The position numbers were made by a program, and so were the translations under genes. Below the pieces are notes generated by a model, which was not told the origin of the DNA, made no database searches, and worked only from the letters and a program-made list of their open reading frames with translations. A stretch of 64,000 nucleotides of DNA, taken from the NCBI RefSeq assembly GCF_001194135.2, contig NC_068987.1:74992911-75056910 (forward strand), in the 5' to 3' direction. Numbering within the stretch: position 1 is the first letter of the stretch; each line of letters starts with the position of its first letter. The stretch comes from Octopus bimaculoides. Its lineage: Eukaryota. Positions 1 to 14,085 of the stretch are shown piece by piece.

Positions 1-1656
1 GAACCTCGACGTCGTAAGCGACGGAGTGCCAACAACAACATTTCATCTGTCTATATGTTGTGAGCTCAAGTTCTACTGAGATCAGCTTTGCCTTTCATCC
101 TTTTGAGGTGAATAAAATAAGTACCTGTTAACCATGGTGGGTGGGGGGCAATATAATCGACTTATTGCCTTCTCCCAAATTGCTGGCCTTGTCCCAAAAT
201 TTGAAACGGAGATTTATGGGTATGTGTGCCATGAAAAATTGCACTCAGTTCCACTCTGTAAAGTGGTTGGTGTTAAGAAGGGTATCCACTTGTAGAAACC
301 ATATCAGAAACAAGACATTAAAGCTGGTCATGGCCAATTGAATCCCATAAAGCCATCATACCACGCCAGCATGGAAAGCTGATATCTAATATAATAAATG
401 TGAAAACTAATTTCTGTATGTCAGTGTGTCACACTTAGACCCCCTCTCTCACTATTCAATGATAGTCCTACTATTACTCATGATGGGGTAAGAGTAATAG
501 TAGGCATAGAGATGGTGAGGGCGGTGGCGAAAACAGAGAGAGAGAGAGAGAGAGAGAAAGAGACTAAGAAATTTAGGGAGAGTTGATGTTTTATTAAAAG
601 TAGTTGTGTTGATGGTGGCAGTGGGAGTAATAAAAGAGGGAGATGATGTACAACTTCATTTAACAGAAATTTGACAAATTCCTGTCGCCAACATACTGAA
701 CACTCATTTTTGTTTTATTTTTTGCTTTCTTTAATACACACACATATAAAATACACTTTAAATGAAATAAAGTTTCCCCAAAATCAAACACATCTAATAT
801 GATAAATGTGAATGTTAGTGTTTCACACTTTTTCAACTTTAATAAATCCTTNNNNNNNNNNNNNNNNNNNNNNNNNNNNNNNNNNNNNNNNNNNNNNNNN
901 NNNNNNNNNNNNNNNNNNNNNNNNNNNNNNNNNNNNNNNNNNNNNNNNNNNNNNNNNNNNNNNNNNNNNNNNNNNNNNNNNNNNNNNNNNNNNNNNNNNN
1001 NNNNNNNNNNNNNNNNNNNNNNNNNNNNNNNNNNNNNNNNNNNNNNNNNNNNNNNNNNNNNNNNNNNNNNNNNNNNNNNNNNNNNNNNNNNNNNNNNNNN
1101 NNNNNNNNNNNNNNNNNNNNNNNNNNNNNNNNNNNNNNNNNNNNNNNNNNNNNNNNNNNNNNNNNNNNNNNNNNNNNNNNNNNNNNNNNNNNNNNNNNNN
1201 NNNNNNNNNNNNNNNNNNNNNNNNNNNTATATATATATATATATATGCACATAAAAAGCATCATCCGAACCTGGCTGATGCTAGTGTCCCCAGACTGGCT
1301 CCCTTGCCGGTGGCACGTAAAAAGCACCATCTAAATGTGATCAATGCCAGGCTCGTCTGGCTGGCTCCTGTGCTGTGGCACATAAAAAGCACCCACTACA
1401 CTCTCTCAGTGGTTGGCGTTAGGAAGGGCATCCAGCTGTAGAAACATTGCCGGATCAGATTGGAGCGTGGTGCAATTGCTGGCTTCCAGACGTCAGTCAA
1501 ACTGTCCAACCCATACCAGCATGGAAAATGGACGTTAACCGACAATGATGATGAAAATTTAATAAATGTGTATGTCAGTGTGTCACTCTTTTTCAACAAT
1601 ACTCCTAGAGACCGTAGCCCAACATATATCATATTTTGAAATCAGGTTGACTCCGT

Positions 1657-1880
1657 GAGTAAATTAAAAACATTCCGGGCTGAGTCCAGACCCACAATCC
1701 TGAAATTATGGATTCGCAAGTTTTCATTACTGTGATTGTATTCGATGATTTTTTTACGTGACTTTGTGCGACAAATTTTTTTGTATGATAACAATTTTTA
1801 TAATCTGAAAGCTAATTCTGCGAGTAAATTAAAAACATTCTGGTCTGAATCCGGACCTGCAATCCTGAAATTTTGGATTC
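1657..1880. repeat. 59-bp imperfect direct repeat, period 165
   Basis: gagtaaattaaaaacattc...aatcctgaaatt.tggattc at 1657-1715 and 1822-1880. Confidence 0.85.
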
Positions 1881-2052
1881 CTATGCTTTCATTACTGCAA
1901 TTGTTTTTGGTGATGTTTTTTACACGATTTTTTGCAAGGAATATCATCATTGGGATATGGCTCTGGAGAAAGCAATTGGAACAAATTCTCCAAAACAAGT
2001 CAGAGATCTGTTTGCAGATCTTCCCATTCAGGGTCAGTTGCTTAAAAGCTAT

Positions 2053-2430
2053 TGTATTGTTGGCACTCCGTCGCTTATGATGTTGAGGGTTCCAGTTGAT
2101 CCGATCAACGGAACAGCCTGCTCGTGAAATTAACGTGCAAGTGGCTGAGCACTCCACAGACACATGTGTACCCTTAACGTAGTTCTCGGGGATATTCAGC
2201 GTGACACAGAGTGTGACAAGGCTGACCCTTTGAATTACAGGTACATCAGAAACAGGAAGATAGAGTGAGAGAAAGTTGTGGTGGAAGGGTTTGCCACCCC
2301 TGCCGAAGCCTCGTGGATCTTTAGGTGTTTTCGCTCAATAAACACTCTCAACGCGCCCGATCTGAGAATCGAAACCGCGATCCTATGACCGTGAGTCCGC
2401 TGCCCTAACCACTGGGCCATTGCGCCTCCA
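2053..2430 (-). mobile_element. tRNA-derived SINE (family B), full length
   Basis: Head tggaggcgcaatggcccagtggttagggcag with A/B boxes; (CAA)n-like tail; 12-bp TSD cttaaaagctat at 2041-2052 and 2431-2442. Confidence 0.9.
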
Positions 2431-2995
2431 CTTAAAAGCTATATACTAGCTTAAAAGCTGCCCAATAGGACAGCTTTTAAGCTAGTGTATATACAGCCAT
2501 CCATACATACATGCATGCATGCATGCAAAGAAACAATCCAAATCATCCTTATTTAATATCCACTTGTCCATGGATGGAATTTATTGAGGCAGAATTTCTA
2601 CAGCCGGATGCCCTTCCTGTCACTAACCTTCACATGTTTCCAATCCCATGACCAGACATGTTTTTCATGGAAGACTGGAAACGAACAACCTCACTTGTGT
2701 GACCATGACGCTCTGACCTGCGGGAATATCTATATGGTCACTTGACTTGCTAGAAAAAACAGCTGAGTCTTTTAAATCATACCTAACCACCTTAGAAAAT
2801 AATACCATCTACAATGTGGTCCAAAGGACATGTCACTCTGGAAAAAGACAGGATTGTTATGGCTTGAATGTCTTTGACTAAACCACAACAATGATAATCA
2901 TAGTTTATATGTAGTGATATGAGGTCCTAATGAAATTCTACTTGGAAATTTTTGTTTGCTTTCACTGTTTTTAATGCATTGTTTCTTTGATTTAG

Positions 2996-3101
2996 TTGCA
3001 AAAGAAGCCTACAGCATGCAGATGAAGAGGCATTCTTTGTCAGTACACCACATAATATAGCTGAAGCAGAAATTAGTATATTTCCTAAGAAACGAGCCAA
3101 G
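2996..3101 (+). CDS. MCPH1: MCPH1 exon: end of BRCT1 plus basic patch
   Basis: tttag| and |gtaact; reads CKRSLQHADEEAFFVSTPHNIAEAEISIFPKKRAK; phase 2 to 0. Confidence 0.85.
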
Positions 3102-6100
3102 GTAACTATGCATATTTTTGTGGGTTGTGTTATTTTGGTTTTCAATTCTGTTTTCATTTCCAAACTAGAACTTCTCATTGGCTATTACTGCCCCTTTTTA
3201 CTCTTGCTTGACTCAGATATAATTGGGAGTAGGGGTGTGGTTGTCAGTGGTCAGTAAACTGCTTTGTCCATCTCAGCAAAACTGAGGTCCTGTCAAACCT
3301 CCCTCCATCTTCTTATACTCATCCCTTCAATCTTCTATCTGTGGTACTACTTACTCAAATGCTGTTAATGATACCATCTGTCTCCCTACACTTCACATTG
3401 TATCCCTACTTCTGTCCTTTATCATCTCTTCTGCCACCCTGACCCACTCTTATTTCCTCCCTCCAAACTGCCCATTTCTAATCTTCTATCACACTCTTTT
3501 CATATACTCTTATGCACTTACTTGCCTACCCACTTTTTTGTTTCTCTATCCCTAAACTCTTTCTCTTATTCACTTTGTACCTTGAGGATATGTACCTCCC
3601 CCTCCTCTCTCCTGCTGGGGGAGCAGTGAATTTATTTCTTCAGCAAGGCACTCATTCCTGTTCCTCAATCATGCATTCACAACCTTCAATACTATGCTCC
3701 TCTCACGTGGGGGGGTCTTATCTTGTGAGTACTTGGTGGCTTCACAAAAGTTGGTGCCACAAAAAAAAGTGGTTGGTGTTAGGAAGGGAGTCCAGCTGTA
3801 GAAACCATGCCAAAGCAGCCCTCTAACTAGTTGGTTCCTGTCAAAGCATCCAATCTCTGTCACTACAGTAAAAGGGACATTAAATATTTATATAAATGTA
3901 TAGATACAGGCATGCCTGTGCTTAATAAGTTGGCAACTTGGGCGAGGGTTTTTTTTACAGTAGACCTGGGTCAACCAAAGCCTTGTGAGTGGATTTTGCA
4001 GACAGAAACTGAAAGAATCCTATTGTATGTGCATGTATACACTTATGTGCATGTTTTGTCTCTTTGCTTTGGCATTACATGATAGCTGTAAATGAGCATC
4101 GCTGTCATACAAGCAGTGTCATTCATTTCCAGTATTCTCCAAAAACATGTCTGGCCTTGAAGTATTTACCTTGCTTGGAAGCAGTTGAGGATTGGCAAGA
4201 AAGTCATCCAGCCATAGAAAATCATCATTTTTTATGTTCTTTTTCCATGCAAGCATTAAAAAATGTTGGACTTGTTTTTCACAAGTCTGACTGTACTGAG
4301 AAGTCCATGTGGTCTTGTATACACAGATATATTTTTCAAATAAAATCTGTCAGAATTCTAGACAGAAAAATCCATTCCTTGAAGTTTCCTCTTCTCCCTC
4401 TTCTATATTCCTTCTTTCCTGCTTGTCCTCCCTTCCTTACTTTCTGTTACTTTCCAAAATCATTCCCCCAGTTTATCTTCATTGGCTTCTATCTTCCCAC
4501 ACAAACCTATTTTACTTTTTGTTTGATCAAAAATTCATAAAATTGAAATGTACCACATTCACACATCTTTGTGCATGCTCTTGTGTGTGTGTGTTTGTAT
4601 CTACCCACCCATGCATGCAAGCAAATATATTTATATGTATATATACATATTACAGGGGTTTCGATGCATGCAGCCCAAGAACTTGAATGAGGAGTTTGAA
4701 GACAGTTCCCAGCGGTGCCGTCGTCGAAGGAAGCGTTCTCATAAAACAAATGAGCAACAAAATTCTAGTCTGAGTGATGTTTATTTCACGCCTGTCTCAG
4801 ATGTAAGTACAAGTATTTCTTTTTGCTCTATTTTCTGTTTTCTTATTTCATGCTTGTTTTTATAATTTTTGTTCCTCAATGATTATCATCATCATCATCA
4901 TTTAATGTCTGTTGTCCATGCTGGCATGGGTTGGACGGTTTGATCAGGGCTGGTAAGCTGAGGGACTGCCCCAGACTCCAGTCTGATTTGGCATGGTTTA
5001 TATGGCTGGATGCCCTTCCTAATGCGAACCACTTTACAGTGTGCTGGGTGCTTTTACGTGCCACTGGCATAGGTGCCAGTTGTGTGACACCAGTATCTGC
5101 CACGACTTCAATTTTATTGGGCTTGATGGGTCTTCTCAAGCACAGCATATTGCCAAGGGTCTTGGTTATTTGTAGTGCCTTCATGAAGCCCCAAAATTAT
5201 AGGTATGACCACTTGTGAGGCCTGAAGGTCATAGGTATGACTACTTCACATGTATATGTGTGTTGTTTGAGTGACCTCTGTCATTTCTGCTGGAGTAGGA
5301 GACAGTCATATCATTAGATCAGCAGTGAAAATGCCTTGCTATGTTTAGTTGCAATCTTAAAAACTCAGAATGGGGTCAGCATTGCTTTAGATCTTTTGGG
5401 GGCTGACAAAATAAACCATCAGTCAAGAACAAATGCCAGTATAACCAACTGTATTCTCCTCTACTCTGAAAGACAAAATAAAAGTTTGTGTTGTATACAA
5501 TATCTTTTACTTGTTTCGGTCATTCGACTGTGGCCATTCTAGGGCACTGCTTTGAAGGGTTTAGTCAAACAAATCGACCTCATACTTGTTTTTCAGGCTG
5601 ATACTTCTTCTATTGGTTCTTTTATGGGGATGTAACAAAAACCAACACTAGATGTCAAGCAATAGTAGATGACAACTGCAAACACACACATACATATATT
5701 TGACAGGCTGTTTACTATAAATTTGTGTTTTTTTTTTTTGCTATTTTACATGAAATTTTCATTACTAATTTAAGACAATTACTTTGAGAACTTGATAAAT
5801 AGCTTTCCATCCATTAACCATTGAACCGTAAAGTAATAGAGGAGGCTACTTTTTGTAGGGGGAGGGGATAAGTCAATTACATTGGAGTAAGCAGATTTGT
5901 GTCCCTTGTTCACTGTGGAGGCTGTTAGATGTAATGGACTAAGTCTCAATAAATAACTAGATAAATATCTTAAAAAGGTGTTTGTCATTGTACCATTTAA
6001 TGTCAAACGTCCAACTCATGCTAGCATGGAAAGCGGATGTTAAACGACGATGATGATGATGTCATTTAGTCCGAAGTCAGTTCCAGTATATCAGACTAAG

Positions 6101-9100
6101 GGTCAAAGGTGTTTAGCTTTGGCTCCTTGGATCTATTCCATCTCAATCACATATTTTTTTAATTAATTTTTTTTAACTAAACAGTTTGAAACTTCAAATA
6201 GTGGTAGAACTTCTCATGTAGAACACGGTATACTTTGTGCGTTTTTGACAAAATTTCCTATTTTAGAAGTTATTTCATGTTAATGTTGTGTTTGAGTAAT
6301 TTCAACCAATCAACGATGTGTATTCGGTTGAAGAAAGCTACTGCTGTTTGTGATAGTAATCAAAGAGGAACAACTTCTGGGTCATCTCTACTAAATATCA
6401 CCACTCTTTTCTATTCGTCAAAATATAAAGAAGGATCATTAATTAAAAACAATGTTTATTTTCCAGTTCAAACAAAATGTACCCCGTTTAACTACACCCC
6501 CGAGAATGAAGGAAAGACTCCTTGAATACAGCAGAAGCCAAGGTATGTGTTTGTGTTTCTCCCATAACTTTATTACTCCATTCTTGTCAAGTCTGTGACT
6601 GATATTTCCATGAACTGTACTGCATGCAAAAACTATTTTGTGACAGTAACTTCTGTTTCTAGTTTAATTAGTCAGACTGTTTTCAGGTTTATGTTGTTTC
6701 CTACTCTATGTGTGTTTTGTAACTGTATGTCTATATATTTGTATTTGTGTATATATAGTATTTTCGTTTATTACTGTTTGTCAACAGGAGAGCTATTAAG
6801 CTATTATAAATATGATGAAAGTGAAAACCAACACCTGTGGCTTGCACAGCTCTCTCAACCATTCATCATTAGCGTTTTAGAGAACACCAGAACACTAAGC
6901 ATAGTATATTATTAACAATCTGTGCCGGTGGCACGTAAATAGCACCGTTCGAGCGTGATCATTACCAGCGTCGCCTTGCTGGCAATTGTGCCGGTGGCAT
7001 GTGAAAAAACATTCAAGCGAGGTCATTGCCAGTGCCACTGGACTGGCTCCTGTGCAGGTGGCAGGTAAAAAACACCATTTGAGCGTGGCCGTTGCCAGTA
7101 CCGTCTGACTGGCCCTCGTGCCAGTGGCATGTAAAAGCACCCACTACACTCTTGGAGTGGCTGGCATTAGGAAGGGCATCCAACTGTAGAAACTCTGCCA
7201 AATCAGATTGGAGCCTGGTGCAGCCATCTTGTTCGCCAGTCCTCAGTCAAATCGTCCAACCCATGCTAGCATGGAAAGCGGACGTTAAATGATGATGATG
7301 ATGATATGGGGGTGGGGTCATGTGTATGTATATATGTGTATGCATGAAGATTTGAGAGTTAGTTTATTTGTATGCACATTTATTAAGTGGTTCTGTTAGA
7401 TATAGTTCAGTGAGGGTGGTCTATTGGTACCCAACACTTATTCTAAAATGAAATGTGTGTATGTATCTGTATATGTGTGTAAGTGTCTGCATGTCTGTGC
7501 ATGTATCCTTTAAGCCTGTCTTCAGTGTTGATATTGTTGTAAATTAAGATAATCTTTCTATTGTCTTTTTTTTTCTCTTCCAGATAACACCCCTATTTGC
7601 CATCGTTCTTTCCAGAAACAGATCTTCAGTAAGTATTATACAGTCCCTTTAACTAGGTACATCTCCTTCATTGTACTGTTTTTCTTCACTTGAAAAGCTG
7701 CTCACTGTGTGAATTTGCTGTTCTATGTGCTGAGAATACTGTTCTATTAATCATGCCTCATAAATAGCGCTGGTGCCAGTGCCAAATAAAAAGTAGCGTA
7801 TACACTCTGTAAAATGGTTGGTGTTAGAAAAGACATCCATCTGTAGAAACCAAACCAAAACACACAATTGGAGCCTGGTGTAGCTCTCTGCCTGGCCTGC
7901 TCTGATCAAAACTGTTCAACCCATGCCAGCATGGAAAATGGACGTTAAATGATGATGATACATTATTTACATCATTTACATTTGACGGATATTTGTCCTC
8001 ATCTTGTCTGCCAAATCAGATTGGAGCCTGGTGTAGCCATCTGGTTCACCAGTCCTCAGTCAAGTCGTCCAACCCATGCTAGCATGGAAAGCGGACGTTA
8101 AACGATGATGATGATGATGATGATGCACATAATATGCACCCAGATAGTTCTTGATTCAATATTACTGCATCTGCATAGCAGCCTGTGCATGTGTCTTCAA
8201 ATGTAACCTAATGTTGACCAATACTTTGTGTATGAAATTTGGTAAATGGAAATGGCTATGAGTTAAGAAGTTTGCTTCCCAACCACATGGTTCTGGGTTC
8301 AGTCCCACTGCATGGCACCAATGTCTTCTACTACAGCCTTGGGCCAACCAAAGCCTTGTGAGTGGATTTGATGGACAAATTGAAAGAAGTGTGTCATACA
8401 TGTGTGTCTTTGTGTTTGTCCCCAACCACCACTAGACAACCAGCGTTGGTTTGTTTACATTCTCATAACTTAGTGGTTTGACAAAAAGATAACCATAGAA
8501 TAAGTACCATGCTTAAAAAAAGTAAGTGTTGGTGTTGATTTATTCAGTTCAGAAATTCTTCAAGGATGTGCTCCAGCATGGCCACTGTCTAATGACTGAA
8601 GCAAGTGAAAGATAAAACAAACCCATTGTTATGTCTAACATCATCTTATATGTGTATGTGTATTTTTGCTGATATAAGGTGCACATCATATTAAGTAACT
8701 TGATGTTCTCTTTTTTAAAGGTGGCTGTAGTAGAAGTTATTGCTGTTGTTTTTTATTACTGGCATTAAGAAGGGCATCCAGCTGTAGAAACAATGCCAAA
8801 GCGGACAGTGAAGCCTGGTGCATTCTTGCGGCTTGCCAGCTCCTGTCAAACCATCTAACCCATGCCAGTATAGAAAACGGATGTTAAATGATTTGAATGC
8901 TTATGATGATGATGTGGCTGCAGCTGCTTCAATAACCACTGGTGTGATTGCTGCAGCCAAGGTCATGGAAGTTGGCATTCAGCTCTCATCTTCTGTGGTC
9001 CAGTAAGCTTTGAAGTGGTTTGGTGTACCACGAATGTAAACAATTTGTTTTTCTACTTTCGATGACCACCTGTATCTGCTGACACTGTGTGAAATAAAAG

Positions 9101-12100
9101 TAAAAGGAAATTTCTCCAGAATAACCAGCATAGGGAACTCTAGTGACATTCCCATTTGGTTCTCTTGGAGTAGGTGTGGGCTTGAGTTATGTTATTTCTC
9201 AATATAATACAGTCAGAACATAGTGATGGGTAAAATACCGCTAAGCATCATCCAGCATGCTAACAATTCTGCCAGCTCGCCCCCTTAATATTCTCTTACT
9301 TGTTTTAGTCATTTGACTGCGGCCATGCTGGAGCACCACCTTTAGTCGAGCAAATCGACCCCGGGACTTATTCTTTGTAAGCCTAGTACTTATTCTATCG
9401 GTCTCTTTTGCTGAACCGCTAAGTGACGGGGACATAAACACACCAGCATCGGTTGTCAAGCAATGCTAGGGACACACACACACACACACACACACATAAA
9501 TATATATATATATATACATATATACGACGGGCTTCTTTCAGTTTCCGTCTACCAAATCCACTCACAAGGCTTTGGTCGGCCCGAGGCTATAGTAGAAGAC
9601 ACTTGCCCAAGATGCCACACAGTGGCACTGAACCCGGAACCATGTGTTTGGTAAGCAAGCTACTTACCACACAGCCACTCCTGCGCCTATATGATAATAA
9701 TAATTTCTAATAAACTGTGTTTTATTCTTTGTAGATGATGGTTCTGATGTAGAGAACAGTAGCCCTTCTGAAGACAAAGAAATGTTGAAGACTGAGAGTT
9801 TTAAGCTACATAATTCTGATGGCTCCACTCAACAGGACAGTTTGGCTTCAGCATCTTATCTCTCTATCAACAATCAAATGTCTTTTGTTCCCACCAAGTC
9901 GTCCGATCTTACTTGTCTGCCAAATCAACTCGACGTTTTAAATGACACAAAACAGAATCCTAAAGCAGTAAGTGAAATCGATCAACTGGATCAAAATGCC
10001 AAAATAAAAGTCAGTCCAGATTTACCAATGAAGTCATCGATATACTGTTCCATGATGTCTTCATCATTAGATGTGAAATCTGCTGAAAATTCTTCTACAG
10101 ATGTTAGTGATGTTCCTGAGGATGTTGATGTGAATGTGAGCAGCACTGTCTTCAAGGAAGCTGACATTTTCAGTAACAGTCCTATTGAAAATCTGTCTAG
10201 TTCATTACTATCAAGTGACTGTGACACAAGTTTGACAAGCTTCAAAAGATCTCAGAGGATTTCTAGACAGAAATTTGCTCACAGAGAGACAATGCATGTA
10301 CTTGGTATTAGTGATGAAGACTATGTCTCATCTAAAACAAGTAGTTTATCAAATGCTAACATTCCATCTTATAGAACTGATGATGTAGGTACTAACATAT
10401 CTAGTTTCACTGTAAATCAGGAGGAAGTATTGATAAATGGCAATACACAAAACTCAAACACCCTGTCTTCCTTGTTGTCTTGGAAGAGTGTGGGAAGTTT
10501 AGACAATTCTCAAGAGAGTAAAGCTTGGGAGATGGAAATTGAGAAAGAGAAACAAGTCAGAGAGTCACAACAGACATCTTCCTCTTGCTTGGACCAGTCA
10601 GATACCATTATCTCAGATGACCAAACTCTTGGGCCCAGAGTCAAGCGAAGGAAACTTGACTTCCCTACTACTGTGTCTCTGACTACAAGGAACCTTCGAC
10701 CTGTCAAGAAATATTTGGTGATGACCAGTATGTCTACCTCGTAAGTAAACTTTATGTTAATGGTATTGTCCTCATTAGAGGTAGCATGAAACTTTTGGTA
10801 ATTTAAGGGTTTACTAAACTCCACAGTAGCATCTTTCATCTCAGTATTGTCACTCCCTAACTTTAGCAATAGTAGGAACACTATGAATGTTAACACCTCA
10901 ACTATCGTTGCTAACTGACTTGCCATCAGCCATGTACCATTTATATAATCTATCTCACATTTTCGTGTAACAGGTGGTAGATAACCTAAAATTATCGTGG
11001 ACTAGTTTGAAATGAAAACTTTCAGTCTCCCCAAATACAGTTGATACTCACTGATTTTTGTAGCCTGTATTTGACGAAAATATGTATTAACCAGTGGTAC
11101 ATCAACTATTTATTATTATACAAAATAGAGTTGTTTTTTTTTTAATGTATAGTTAATGAAACCCCCTGTTAATGGATGGTACACCTAGTATACCATTTCT
11201 ACGATATTAACATTTCTTTCCAAATTTCATGTTTTTTTTTTTTGTCTAGTAAAGGAATACTTTTCATCTTACGAGGTTTTTAGTTTCATTCAACAACCAA
11301 ATTGCATTTGGGAAGAACCGTCTGGCATTTGCTCTAAATTGCAGCAAAATACACCTGCTTGATAATTAGCATGCATTATAAGTTCTTTGTTTGGAGGAAA
11401 TGACTCTTGTGTATGTGTACCATGTTGGAACATGTCATGCCAGGTGACACTAATATTTAATGTTTTCTTCTCTTCATACATATGGTATGATATACAATTG
11501 CTTCTGACAAGGGACTAAGTTGTCAGATGGAATGAATAATATACATGTTATTGGGTTGTCCAGAAAGTTTGTGCCGATTTATAGTAGCTTACTTTTCGAC
11601 TTATTTGCCATGAAGCCACCTCGATTCTGAGAAGAGGGTATTTTCAAGTTAAAGGAAAGATAGAGACGCATTATGCAACAAAATGGTTCATATTTGGTTG
11701 ATTAAAAATGTAATGGCAAGTATTTATTGACCTTTTTCATTCCTTTAAAACTCGGCACGAACTTTCTGGACAACCCAATAGATACACGTTTTCAAAACGT
11801 GTATGTACCATTCATGCTTGATTACTAATTTGAAGGTTTTGTTCTTTCTTTTCTCAAAGAATCCATTTATAAAATCACATCTGGTGAATACATTGAATCA
11901 AACCAAGGCCAAATTAACATAAAAACCATGCTGACTGTAAAGGGACTTGATGTCAAGTTTATGGCACCTCTTCTGTGCACATCCCTTGCTAATAATGAGC
12001 ACATTAGTATCCATTCTCTTTATAACCCCACTCCCGCAAAAAAATCGACCATGGTCAGAATTTCCAATCGCATTTAATTGTTTGATCAACAAAACTATTA

Positions 12101-13938
12101 GCGTCATTGGATTAGCATATAAGTGGCTGAGTAAACTACAGATACTTGTAACCTTAGCATAATTCTCAAGCATAATTAGCATGTCTGTGTGAAAAGGTTC
12201 GACCTTTGAATTACAGGTACAGTTCGTCAGTTTCTGTCTGCCTAGTTTCAGTCACAAGTTATAGGTCAATCTGTGGCTATAAACAGCAATGTTTACTGAG
12301 GTGCAGCCCTGTGGAATCAAAATAAAGCCTCATGATTGTGAAATGAACTTCTTAATAATTTTGCCAGTGGAACTGATGTGGATGATGATGGTTTTGGCTG
12401 ATGAAGATGCTTCTGAGCATACTCTTCAGGACGAAATATCCAGATGTCAGCTTCTTTCTGACTACAGTGCAATTCCAGCTTGGGTACTGTCTTTACCATT
12501 CCACCATCATCATCATCATCATCGTTTAATGTCCGCTTTCCATGCTAGCATGGGTTGGACGATTTGACTGAGGACTGGTGAAACCAGATGGCTGCACCGG
12601 GCTCCAATCTGATTTGGCAGAGTTTCTACAGCTGGATGCCCTTCCTAACGCCAACCACTCTGAGAGTGTAGTGGGTGCGTTTACGTGCCACCGGCACGAA
12701 GGCCAGTCAGGCGGTACTGGCAACGGCCACACTCAAATGGTGTATTTTATGTGCCACCCTCACAAGAGCCAGACCAGGGGCACTGGCAACGATCTCGCTC
12801 GAAAGTCCTTACACATGCCATGGCCATGATTCTCTAAAAGTGTATGATACTCTTTCCCGTATGCTAAGTACACTGTTATGTTCTTGTACACCTCAGCTGA
12901 GTACCTCTGCCAAACACGATACTCTACAAATGATTTTTTTTTATTCTCCCCTGTGTTGAGGAATTTTTTTCACTGGGTTGTTTTGTATGGTTGATCATTT
13001 TTATGCCTGTGGCAGCATGATACCTCTTTCAGCACTGTTGAAGTTTATGTTTGGTGTTAGGAAGGGCATCCAGCTGTAGAAACCATACCAAAATCAAACG
13101 GGGAGCCTGAACAGCCCTTCAGCTGGTCAGCTCTTAGCAAACTATCTAATTCATGTCAGCATGGAAAGCAGATGTTAAATGATGATGATGATGTTTGGTT
13201 AGGCATCTCTCACAAAATGGATCTTGCTTGTTCCTTTTGGTCAGCTTGTTTCACTAATCAAAACTTGTTTCGCTAATCAAAACTTGTTTCGCTAATCAAA
13301 ACTTTTAAAGTTGGAACCCCAGCAAAATCACAATCTGTGACATTAAATATTTTTTTATATTTTAGATTCTATTTTAGTTCCAAATTTTCTTTATTCAGAT
13401 ATTCATTTTAATAAAAAAAAAAATTCTTTTTTCTTGATTTTTTTTTTTCTGTTTAAAAATTCATATTTCTATGACTTGGTGTACTTCTAGAGATCAAGAA
13501 ATGGTGAAATCTGTAGCCAAAACCCTGGGTGAATGCGTAATCAGTGACATTGTGAAGAAGTCCACGACACATGTAATCTGTGGTATGCCTAGGCGCACAC
13601 TCAACGTGCTCTTTGCTCTTTCTCAGGGATGCTGGCTTGTCAGTAAAGAATGGGTAAGTCAAGATTTCATTCTTTAAACATTTAGAATTCAAATTACTTT
13701 GTCAGATGTTATTTTTTTTTCATTCACATTGTTTTGAATTAATTATGCATTATCTCATAGATTTGAGGTTTTGATGGTGTGGTTGTTTATTTTTAAAATG
13801 ATTTTGTAGGGTGGCTGTAGGAGGTCAGATCAGGCTAGCTTAAACATAAAACAAGTAGAATATTTGGACCAGATATGGCTGGTTTAAATGCTAATGGGTT
13901 AACTAATTCTACTGTTTCATACTACTACTTACTTGTTG

Positions 13939-13974
<36 letters not shown>

Positions 13975-14053
13975 NNNNNNNNNNNNNNNNNNNNNNNNNN
14001 NNNNNNNNNNNNNNNNNNNNNNNNNNNNNNTATATATATACATATATATATAC

Positions 14054-14085
<32 letters not shown>

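Noticed and set aside
10741-10744. In-frame TAA at the large-exon donor as evidence for a short MCPH1 isoform
   Set aside because: GTAAGT supplies TAA automatically at a phase-2 donor; no independent support.
12397-12450. CTGATGA followed by a hairpin and a distant GAAA
   Set aside because: Spacing and stems do not fit a hammerhead fold.
12526-12959. Recurrent ORFs containing FLQLDALPNANHS (also 27377, 29005, 48332)
   Set aside because: Translations of the RTE-tail repeat, not a gene family.
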